From: Lingula anatina
Taxonomy: Eukaryota; Animalia; Brachiopoda
Direction: 5' to 3'
Length of the DNA stretch: 64,000 bases
Assembly: GCA_051362555.1 (NCBI GenBank)
Contig: CM120642.1
Location: 21,080,001 to 21,144,000, forward strand
Part shown: piece by piece, positions 39,594-51,500 of the stretch
Layout of the letters: every line of letters starts with the position of its first letter
Position numbering within the stretch: the stretch's first letter is position 1
Position numbers and translations under genes: made by a program
Notes under the pieces: model-generated
Database searches by the model: none
What the model saw: the letters and a program-made list of their open reading frames with translations, nothing else
Told to the model about the DNA's origin: nothing

Positions 39594-42500
39594 TTATTTG
39601 CAATATTAAACAAAATTTACCTGCATAATTATCACTGCTTCCTTATTATTAATCTAGCAGAGAGCTTAAAGGGATAATAACTCTTCGTATGAGATCTATA
39701 TTTCACAATAAAAACATTGTGAACAACTCGTGGAAATATAATATATTCAGTTGTACAAGAAAAACGGCAGTTATAGCTATTATTCTGATATCTTAGCTTG
39801 TGTTCAGACCACGTGACCTCTATTGATGGCTATACTCTGTTATAATCTCTTAAGAGATTTTAACAAAAAACCAAACTTTTTAGAAAAAAACCAGGGACTA
39901 ACTTTGAATGTAAAAATGGATTCATTAACCATTGGTAAGTATGGGAAAATTGTTGTTTACTCCAGGAAAATTCTTTTTTTGGTCAAAACGAAGAGTTATT
40001 ATACCTTTAACCTATGGGAGTTTACAGGGAAATATCAACAAGTGTGCTTTATGTAATCTCAAATCACAAGTGTGCTTTATGTAGCCTATCAATTAGGCAA
40101 ATTACTTTATAACTGAAATTAGCGAAGTGATACCCAAGGGAAATTTATAGACTGACCCTCTCAAAGGTCTTTCAGGCCCATAAGTCACAACTTAAGAAGA
40201 GCACAAAACAATAATGCACAAAATAGGAGACTACCACTTCTGATGCAATAATACATTATGTTTAACTGCACAGTCAACATCAAATTGTAATTTTGCACAA
40301 CAGGTAACACCGACGAAAGTAAAAGCATAAGGCTTCAGGCCCATCAGAGTTGAAGTTTATACTTAGAAAGTGCCAGAATGAGAAAAATGAAATTTCACAC
40401 AAAATTGCATTAAATTCAATAATACCGGTAAATGATAACCCAATTGACCTGGCTTTCTAATTTGAACTGCATGCCAATCCTAAAAATCATACTCTTAAGT
40501 TAAATATAATAATAAACTAGAGGATCAGAGAGGCGATACCGCCTCCGAATATTGTACCACCAGCTGGAGCAAGCTCATTCGTATAGACCCCCACATACAC
40601 AAAATAAGGGACACAGCCACCAGTCTTTTGCTTGACAAGCTGTAAAAATGCAATCAACAAGAATTTTCAAAATATGCAAAAAAAATATATATATATAACT
40701 TAAAATGGTACAATCAAAGTTAAGTTCATCAAAAGGTAGGTCAAAGGTTAATTTCACAGTAAGATTGCCAGTATATGACTTCCTATTCAAGTTCAATAGT
40801 AACTATGGACCTATCTCTGCCAGGTTAGGAGTTAAAAGAGAAAGAAATTAGCAGAGTTCAGTTCATGGTGAAAAGTAGGTCAAAGGTCAATTTTAAGGTC
40901 ACATTTAGATTGCCAGTATATGACTTCCTATTCAACTTCAATAGTAACTATAGACCTATCTCTGCCAGTTTTGGAGATAAAAGGGAAGCAAAATTTGCAA
41001 AGTTCAGTTCATGGTGAAAAGTAGGTCAAAGGTCAATTTTAAGGTCACATTAAGATTGCCAGTATATGGCTTCCTATTCAACTTCAATAGTAACTATGGA
41101 CCTATCTCTGCCAGTTTTGGAGATAAAAGGGAAGCAAAATTTGCAAAGTTCAGTACATGGTAAAAAGTAGGTCAAAGGTCAATTTCAAGGTCACATTAAG
41201 ATTACCAGTATATGACTTCCTATTCAACTTCAACAGTAACTTTGGACCTATCTCTGCCAGTTTGGGAGATAAAAGGGCAGCAAAATTTGCAAAGTTCAGT
41301 TCATGGTGAAAAGTAGGTCAAAGGTCAATTTCAAGGTCACATTTGGATTGCCAGTATATGACTTCCCATTCAACTTCAATAGTAACTATGACCTATCTCT
41401 GCCAGTTTGGGAGATAAAAGGGCAGCAAAATTTGCAAAGTTCAGTTCATGGTGAAAAGTAGGTCAAAGGTCAATTTCAAGGTCACATTTGGATTGCCAGT
41501 TTATGACTTCCTTTTAAAGTTCAATAGTAACTATGGACCTATCTCTGCCAGTTTTGAAGATAAAAAGGAAGCAAAATTTGCAAAGGTTAGTTCATGGTGA
41601 AAAGTAGGTCAAAGGTCAATTTCAAGGTCACATTTAGATTGCCAGTATATGACTTCCCATTCAAGTTCAATAGTAACTATGGACCTATCTCTGCCAGTTT
41701 GGGAGATAAAAGGGAAGCAAAATTTGCAAAGTTCAGTTCATGGTGAAAAGTAGGTCAAAGGTCAATTTCAAGGTCACATTTAGATTGCCAGTGTATGACT
41801 TCCTATTCAAGTTCAATAGTAACTATGGACCTATCTCTGCCAGATTTGGAGATAAAAGGGCAGCAAAATTTGCAAAGTTCAGTTCATGGTGAAAAGTAGG
41901 TCAAAGGTCAATTTCAAGGTCACATTTGGATTGCCAGTATATGACTTCCTATTCAAGTTCAATAGTAACTATGGACCTATCTCTGCCAGTTTTGAAGATA
42001 AAAAGGAAGCAAAATTTGCAAAGGTTAGTTCATGGTGAAAAGTAGGTCAAAGGTCAATTTCAAGGTCACATTTAGATTGCCAGTATATGACTTCCCATTC
42101 AAGTTCAATAGTAACTATGGACCTATCTCTGCCAGTTTGGGAGATAAAAGGGAAGCAAAATTTGCAAAGTTCAGTTCATGGTGAAAAGTATGTCAAAGGT
42201 CAATTTCAAGGTCACATTTAGATTGCCAGTATATGACTTCCTATTCAAGTTCAATAGTAACTATGGACCTATCTCTGCCAGATTTGGAGATAAAAGGAAA
42301 GCAAAATTTGCAAAGTTCAGTTCATGGTGAAAAGTAGGTCAAAAGTCAATTTCAAGGTCACATTTGGATTGCCAGTATATGACTTCCTATTCAAGTTCAA
42401 CAGTAACTATGGTCCTATCTCTGCCAGTTTTGGAGATAAAAGGGCAGCAAAATTTGCAAAGGTTAGTTCATGGTGAAAAGTAGGTCAAAGGTCAATTTCA

Positions 42501-45500
42501 AGGTCACATTTAGATTGCCAGTATATGACTTCCCATTCAACTTCAATAGTAACTATGGTCCTATCTCTGCCAGTTTTGGAGATAAAAGGGAAGCAAAATA
42601 TGCAAAGTTTAGTTCATGGTGAAAAGTAGTCAGGCGGCTAAGTCCAAATTTTATCCAGAATTGTGCAAAAGATGATAAAAGCATGGAATTTTCCACGATG
42701 AATGACCATTGCCAACCCCCCCCGATACAAAATAGATGAACACCCAATGGTCATTCATCGTGGAAAGTGTCATGCTTTTATCATCTATTGCACAATTCTG
42801 GATAAAATTTGGACTTAGCCACCTGACTATACCGTACTGCACATTTTGCTTTCACCACCAATATGTACTTTTTGATAGTGTAACTCGAAAACCGTTTGGA
42901 ATACAAAAAAACGGAGACCACTCCCAGTGTTGGGCTTTACATGCTCTACAAAATGCAAAAAAGAATGGGTCTCTAGCATTAACGGTTCCCGAATTAGAGA
43001 CAGTTTTCAGTTTCGGCATCTTATGGCCGCTACTCCCGTGAAAATGCACCGATTGACACCAAATTCACGGAGATGAAAGATGACCCCAAGGGTAACACTT
43101 TCCAATAATATTATTGGTTAAGTCTGTCTGGTTTCTGAATAACAGCGCAAATAATTTTTTTTTTCGTAAAAAATTCATTTTTTTGAAAATTTTAGCCTGT
43201 TTGACCTTGAAAGAAAGGTCAAAGGTCAAATCCAAGGGCATATTTGAAATCTACACATATGACTTTTGGAAAGCCGTCTGTAGAAAATTTTCCCAAAATT
43301 CCTTCCGTAGGGTAGATAATTAGCATTTAATTTTGCCATTTTTGGACAAGGGTGTATTTCAATGAGTGCCACACCTAGACCCCAGCACCGACAAAGCCCA
43401 AATTTTACGTGGAACGAGTTGAGATTATAGGTGACCTAAATCCAAGAGATGGGTATGGCAGCCCTTACCGTCTAGGAGGAGAAGCGGTAACGGTGAGATG
43501 GCGGCGGAGCCAGAGGTGCCGGCGGAACATGCGGGTCGGGACTAAAACCATGTGTACCGCCAGCGCCTACGCTGGTGGTACAATAACACAGTTTTCTTTT
43601 CATAATGTTTGCAGTAGCAGTGCAAAAAGATTATTGTCAATTTTGATGTAACATTACATAATAAATTATAGAATAATTATCACCAATTTTTGATTATTGA
43701 CTATAAATAGCATGAACATGTAGAAAATTTGATTACCATCCGGCTTCATGTCCATGGGAGCTCCGAGTCCCACAATGAATATGCCAAAAAGATAATGAAT
43801 ATTTCACTAAAATGTATAACTTCCAGAAAAAGAAGCCCATTAGACTGCTTTTCCAACTTGGGCTGCATTTTAGTCCTGTGTTTCTTTTTTGAAAGTTTGA
43901 CAATCATAAGTAACACGGTTTTCCCATCATGGTCATCATGGCAGATGTGGATGATTGAATCTGACAAACTGCAATGATATGAGTTTATTTCCGTTTTGGA
44001 CACTTGATTACACAATACATGATAACAAGTTTACCATCATTTTTACATAATCAACTAATAATGTTGTAAAGATGCAGGAAATATCAAACAAACACGTTTA
44101 CGTATCTTATTAGTTCAATAATGAGACTGTTAACATGCCTAAGAATTGAATCTGAGGAAATTTGAAAAAACAGTACAACTTCTAAAATAATGGCCCGATA
44201 ACGCTGATTTTCGAACTCAACCTGCATTTTTGTAAGATTGACCACTCCTGTGAGTATAATGACAATTGGCTAAGCTGTTTTTCTTATATTGTGTTATTAA
44301 TGTTGCATATATGTTGAAAAAAGTGAAAAAACAGCATAAAAAAATTAAAAGAAAATGTAAAATAAAACATAACAAAAAATACCAATAAAGCTGCTATTCA
44401 AACTTTTAATCTAGCTGTACAATTACTAACATGATATGAATAACCCTATTGAGTTTGAGAATAATAAGGCACTGTTATTCATCTTTAGCATTAATGTAAG
44501 CGTTACACAAAATTTTTTTTGTAAACTTATTTTCCATATTAAATAACATTTACCTGCATAATAATCATCGATTCCTAATTATGTGACACAGTTAAGAAAG
44601 CTAAACCGATGGGACTTTACAATGAAATCTCAATGTGTGTTTATGTAATCTCATTTAATACCCACTTGAAAATTAATTAAGCAAATTATTTTATAACCCT
44701 GAAATAACTTGAAAATCAATTAAGCAAATTATTTTATAACCCCGAATTAACTGCCTACTATCCATATACATTTATTGCACCAAATAGCACTGTACTGCAT
44801 TGCTTTCAAAACAGAAAACAATTACGATGGTTTTCCAACACAAGCTGCACTTCAGTCTTTTCAGTAAGGTTGATTATCATAAGTAACATGGTTTTCCCTT
44901 AATCGCTATCCTGGCAGCAGTATCCAAAATAGGGTTTTCTTTAACTTTCATGCAATATAACATAATACTTAACAGCATAATGACCATCAAATTTTTTATA
45001 AAAAAATAAAAGTATCATGGATATTCAGAAAATGTGATATGGAAAGGTCTCCAAGGACATGGAAGTTAGGGTCACACTTTCAAAATGCCAAAATGTTAAC
45101 AAGAGATAACTGTACTGAAATGATTTTCTTTCCATTTTCAACACCTTTTTTACATAAAACCATCATCAATTAACTGTCATTTTTAAATGATCAACTAGGA
45201 AAATTGTTGACATAGGAAAAATATCAATAGAACAATTTATAATGTCCAATTAGCTCCATTTGGAGATTCTGAACATAGTGAATGATTGAATCTGACGAAC
45301 TGCAATGATGAGTTCCTTTCCATTTTTGATACTTTATTACACAATGCAGGATAATAGGTTTACCGTCATTTTTATATAATCAACTAACAATATTGTTAAG
45401 AAGCAGAAAATGTTAAAACAACACTTTAACATATCCAATTAGTACCGTTATGAGACTGTTAACATGCTTAAGAATTAAATCTGAAGAAAAACCACTTATA

Positions 45501-48500
45501 TACAAAAAGGCTAATAACTTCATCAAAACTTAACTGATCAAGCTTATTTTCAAACTTGATCTGTATACTGGTCAGATTGATCACTCCTGTGAGTTGCAAG
45601 ACAAAAGGCTGATTGGTTTTCCTTAAAATGCGTTATCAGTGTTGCATGTATGCTGAATAAACGGAAAAAAACAGCATTACTTTTGTAAAAATAGTCCAAT
45701 CATGCCAATTTTCAAACTTGACCTGCGTATTATAAATATTCACCAGTTCTGTAAATTTCAATCCAAGGAAAGGAAAAACATTTTTACACTTATGTTATCA
45801 GTGTTATAAAAGTGCTGAAAAAATTGAAAAAAAAAAAAAAAAAAAAAAACAGGATAACTTCCATAAAAATTGCCTGATCTTGCTGATTTTCAAACTTGAC
45901 CTGCGTATTATGAATATTCATTAGTTCTGTAAGTTTCAAGCCAAATGAAAAAACTGTTTTCCACTTATTGTGTTATCAGTGCTGCATATATGCTGAAAAA
46001 AGTGAAAAAACAGCATAAATTCCCTAACAATAATCGAATCATGCTGATTTTCGAACTTGACTTGCGTATTATGAATATTTATCAGTTCTGCAAGTTTCAA
46101 GCCAAAAGGTAAATTGGTTTTCCACTTATGGTGTTATCGGTGCTGCATATATGCTGAAAAAAAGTGAAAAAACAGCATAAATGCCCTAAAAATGACCCAA
46201 TCATGCTGATTTTCGAACTGGACCTGTGTATTATGAATATTAATCAGTTTTGTAAGTTTCAAGCCAAAAGGTAGAATGGTTTTCCACTTATCGTGTTATC
46301 GGGGTTGCATATATGCTGAAAAAAGTGAAAAAACAGCATAAATTCCCTAAAAATGACCCGATCATGCTGATTTTCGAACTTGACCTGCGTATTATGAATA
46401 TTCATCAGTTCTGTAACTTTCAAGCCAAAAGGTAAAATGGTTTTTCACTTATCGTGTTATCGGTGCTGCATATATGCTGAAAAAAGTGAAAAAACAGCAT
46501 AAATGCCCTAAAAGTGACCCGATCATGCTGATTTTCAAACTTGACCTGCGTATTATGAATATTCATCAGTTTTGTAAGTTTCAAGTCAAAAGGTAAAATG
46601 GTTTTCCACTTATTGTGTTATCAGTGCTGTATATATATGCTGAAAAAAGTGAAAAAACAGCATAAATTCCCTAAAATGGACCCGATCATGCTGATTTTCG
46701 AACTTGACCTGCATATTATGAATATTCATCAGTTCTATAAGTTTCAAGTCAAAAGGTACAATGGTTTTCCACTTATCGTGTTATCGGTGCTGCATATATG
46801 TTGAAAAAAGTGAAAAAACAGCATAAATTCCCTAAGAGTGACCCGATCATGCTGATTTTCGAACTTGACCTGCGTATTATGAATATTCATCAGTTCTGCA
46901 AGTTTCAAATCAAAAGGCAAAATGGTTTTCCACTTATCGTGTTATCGGTAAAAGTGCACGGCGACGGCGACGACGGTGACGACAGACGCAGATGATGGCT
47001 ATATGTACAGACACATCTGTGTCTGTACATAAAAAGCACACCCATACACGCATGCACACACACAGCAGTGGAAAGTTACCTCAGACCAGCGAAGGAGTTT
47101 CTTATTCTTTGAAAAAACATCCAGCTGGATTTGGAGATCCTTTTCTATTTTTGTGCTATAGGAAAGTTATAAAAGAATGTAAATTAATCATATGAAATTA
47201 ATTCACAACTTTTACTATACACATTTTTTATATTGTTGGAAATAAATGTCGAAAGATTTTGAATCTTGAGAAATAATGTGACAATCCAATCTTTCCTCAT
47301 GAGGGGGAAAAAAATATATCAATGTATTTTTTACTTTCACAAACCAAAAATTGAAACTATTGCGATTTTCAATCTATAAAACATTAAAAATAATACGCAA
47401 CACAATGGTTGATTAAGGGTCAAGGGAAGATGAAGTGATTAACAGAATAGCAAAAGACAAACTGGTATGAAATGCTAATAACATCAATTAATTTTCCAAG
47501 AAGATGTCAACACAGTATCCCAAATTGAATAGCGAAAACATTTAGGCATCCATGGTAATATATTTTCAGCTACAGTTAACACACTTAAAATTCATAACAT
47601 TGTAATGAACTTAGTTATCTTTGTAAAACATTGGGGGAAAGTATTACTTATGCACAGTATATAGTTCCATGGCAATGACCCTCAGCACATTTGCTACCGT
47701 CTTCATCTCATCTGACCAGGACGACTATGGAAAAAATAGTCAAATTGCCAGTACACTACTGCCAAAGCATATAACATAAATTACAATAGATTAAACAAGT
47801 ATCATGCTGCTGTTTAGTTCTGGTTCAGAAAATAATAAAACAAGACAATTTTACACAGAATAACACATGTACTACTTTGTAAGAGCCAATAAAATGAAAT
47901 TTAAAACCTTCCAATACATATATCTACTGTTAGAGATAGCCTCACCTCCTCCTGCTGTACTGGAATATCTCTCAAAACTGGTGCACAAAGACTGCCCCAG
48001 AACAAAGGACTGAAAATAGGACAGGATTGATAAAGCACCAAGCACACTCCCACATCTCATTTCAAATTACATGTATACCCATGTCAGAATATGCAAAAAA
48101 TAAATGCACCAATTCAGGACAAAGACATCAACTGTCATGCTAACAGTCAATTAAAAAAACTGCACATAACATACATGTACAACTGACTTAAGAGAAAAGA
48201 TGTCAGGATCTCTATAAATTTCTTTTTCATTATGCATAGATGGGAGTTACTGATAAAAGGTTTGTTCAAGTACAGGTCCTAGATTCAAAACATGGCACAT
48301 TGGTACATTTTCAATCTGAACTGCTTTATTATAATAATTTAAATAATTTTTCCTTGGCGAAATGGGGTGATGGTGCACATGGAGTGCCCCCTGACTACGC
48401 TTGTAAAGAAACCTTTTTCTGAGTGCCTGCATTGCCATGTCTCTCTGGCCCTTCCACAGTGCATAGATGAAGTCAGTAGCAGCCCGTAGTAAACTAGGAA

Positions 48501-51500
48501 GGCAATGATATGTGCCCTGGAACATAGAACATATTTGTTAATGTATAATATATATATAGCCCACAATACCATTTTTCCATAACTTTCACATTACAGAAAA
48601 ATACCTAGACTTGGATTACTGAACTGTACAGTACATCAATTCTTGGGCAGTGAAAAAATATACAAATTTTGAACATCTATTAGTCTTGGTGCATACTTTT
48701 TGTACATCTTGACAAGATCGTTATTTAAAAAAAAATGCTGACCTGTTTGCTTTCTTGGATCAACTCTAACACTACTTTAAGACAGCTAAGGCTATTTGCT
48801 TCAGTCTGCAATAAAAAGATAAAATGATATGGATGAGGAAAGCAATCTTATTAATACTTAAAAACATTCAAACATGAAACAGAGGAACGTAGTTGGTTTT
48901 TGACACAGAACACAGTGCTCTGTATGCAAGCTTGAAGGTGGAAGCAGTTACAATTAAATTCTAACAATGATGAATAGTTTGCCGTTTAGGGATTTTTTCA
49001 GTAAATTAAAAAGGGAAAAAATGTATACAATCTTAAGCACTAGTACTGTAAGTGACTTTCCACAAGATATTTTCAATTGCACAGCAGTCCCAGTTATATC
49101 AATTTAAAAGTTACCTGGTGTTACACATAGGATTTAAATTTGGTATTCAAACCTATAACAGACCATCATCAGATTTCTCCGTAAGTAAAACTGTTTGTTA
49201 AAAAATTAGGAACAAGTTAATATTGGAAGCCCTGTGATAACAACAAGAACAGGTGACACAATTCAGACCACATGGAATTTAAATAAATGTGAGTTTCACA
49301 TCTACACCAGATGCAAAATCTTTCCACCAATGTGCCAGCACTCACAGCAAGCTCTCCATTTCCAGATGTGTCTTCTTGGTTTGTTGACCTCATTTTCAGG
49401 AACATCTCAATTAACCCAGGCTGTGTTTCAACGCTGACAGCTAACAGCTCCAGTATGACCACTTTTAACCAAGGATCCTGAAAGTAACACAAAGTGCATC
49501 TTCAAAATTAAATATAAATATACAGAATATAAGGTACATACATATGCAATGTATAAAAAACATTAAATGTTCAACTTCACACAAAAAGGAATTTCAAATT
49601 TTGTCTAGAAGTTTCCGTTTCATCAGAGAAACATTTGTCAGTCAACAAGGTCAATAATACGCTAAGGAAACTTCCAGAAACAGCATTGTGCTAATTCGAT
49701 ATCCACAATGTGTTTATGCTCCATACAGTCCCAGATCAAAACAATGAACCTTCTCTAACAATAGAGAATAGATTAACATTAATTATAAAATTCAGAAAAT
49801 GTAAATAGCATAGGGCTTGTCAAATGTGATTCAAATATCGTTAAAACATTATTAATAGCCCGACATCGAGAAACTAATGATCTGACCAAATAGCAATTGA
49901 TTGCAATGTTTGCATATGGTTGCAATCTGTGATGCTATTAAGTTATAGAGCCCTGGTCTGCATCAACCTGGTTTAATGACACAAAAATTCAGCAATAACC
50001 CTAATATATGTCCTACCTGTATGGGAGCTCACATCTTGGCTTCACGAAGGAAATGCACTAAGCAAATTAATTATCCTTTGATCTGTTCACATCTTCTTTG
50101 TCCATACACTCAATACTTAGTCAAATTGTTAAATATAAATGCATATTTACTATCTAAATCCAAGATCCAATCTTAACAAGCATTTTTCATTAATTATTCC
50201 CAATTTATGGATCTACCTTGTACGAGACGATCATATCTAGCTCACCTCTGTCTGCCCTTGCAACCTTGTCAAATAGGCATCCCTGATTGCTTCAGCATCT
50301 TGCCCAAGACAAGCCAGCAGTGACATGGGTGATACCTGGTAGATATTATTATTATCATTTCAATGTTCATTGAAGATACACAACACAAATTAAATCAATT
50401 TTCAAAACTTATTTCAATATTTTTAATTTCTTGACAGCAGAAAAAAAATTAACCTGCACCCTCTTCAAATATCTTGAGTTAGATCTTAATGAAAATCATT
50501 CCTAAAACCAAATAAAATGTATATACCAGTGACTGTCACATAATATCTCTTGGTATAGAGGTCATACTGTTATTGATTGTACATTAAGATATAGGATAGA
50601 TAATTATGTGTCAGACTGAGTATCAAATATTCTTGAAAGGCCATAGGGGCAGAGGTAATGGTGGATGCGTAACAGAACAGATATATGTATAAAGAGTGTA
50701 TTTGTATAAATTCACAACTGACAGCATGTTCAAATCAATAAAGCAGGTTCAATGGAGGACTGCAGATATTCCGATTGTGTTAGGTTGTTGTGATGTCAGT
50801 GGGTTAAGCTGGCTGGTCATTTTTGGCTAGAGGTACACGGGACCGTAGACATGAGTACAAAGTAGAAGCAGATTTTCCAGTGACATAGTAAGATAATACC
50901 TGTATCTTTTGGCATTTTGAGCAGAGAAAACAGATAAAACCACTGTACATAAAAAGGACTAAATGTCTGTTCTTACCATTGCCAGCCTCTTCAGCATCAT
51001 AGTGGCCAGAGCAGATAACCTGGGGTCATGACGGTGATGTATGTACTGGGCTATAATGGCTACAAGATGTCGCTTTGATCTATGAAGTGGCACTGCAAAC
51101 AATGCCTGTTCTACAGGCGACAAAGGTTGGTCCAAGGGTCGTAATAGTAGCAGTCGGTTGAGAACTGAGAATGCTATCCTCACCAGGAAAATGAGGTCCA
51201 CACCACAACCTTCACCACCACTGGAAAGGCAAAGGAAATAGGGGTTATATGTGATGCTAATTATAACTACAAGCAATTGCAGAATTAATGCTTAGTCATG
51301 CTAGCATAATTATGATAATAATTTGCTCACCTAATATTTATATAATATAAATGCGATATCAATTGATGTCACAGACTAAAAAACTAGACAGCAAAGCTGG
51401 CAAATATACAGACACTATACAGGAAACAAGGCAGCAAAGCTGACATATGTTCAGACATTACGCAGAAAAAAGTGCACCAAATAATGTTTTGGCCAATTCA

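Larger units (their letters stand above)
40515..43586 (-). mobile_element. HINE family B copy 1 with ~13 x 146-bp central repeats
   Basis: subTIR ATTGTACCACCAGC (40551) / GCTGGTGGTACAAT (43571), 5' hairpin TGTACCGCCAGCG-CCTA-CGCTGGTGGTACA, 3' hairpin GAGGCG-ATAC-CGCCTC, CTAGTT end, inserted in an A-run with no TSD. Confidence 0.88.
39145..47032 (-). mobile_element. HINE family A copy 6 carrying nested family C, Kolobok-like MITE and family B elements
   Basis: 3' end at 39145, 5' hairpin at 47001-47031, 161-bp array at ~45650-46950. Confidence 0.8.

Noticed and set aside
40737-42626. Regular repeat arrays as CRISPR-like arrays
   Set aside because: Monomers repeat over their whole length with no unique spacers, the context is a eukaryotic intron, and no cas genes are present.
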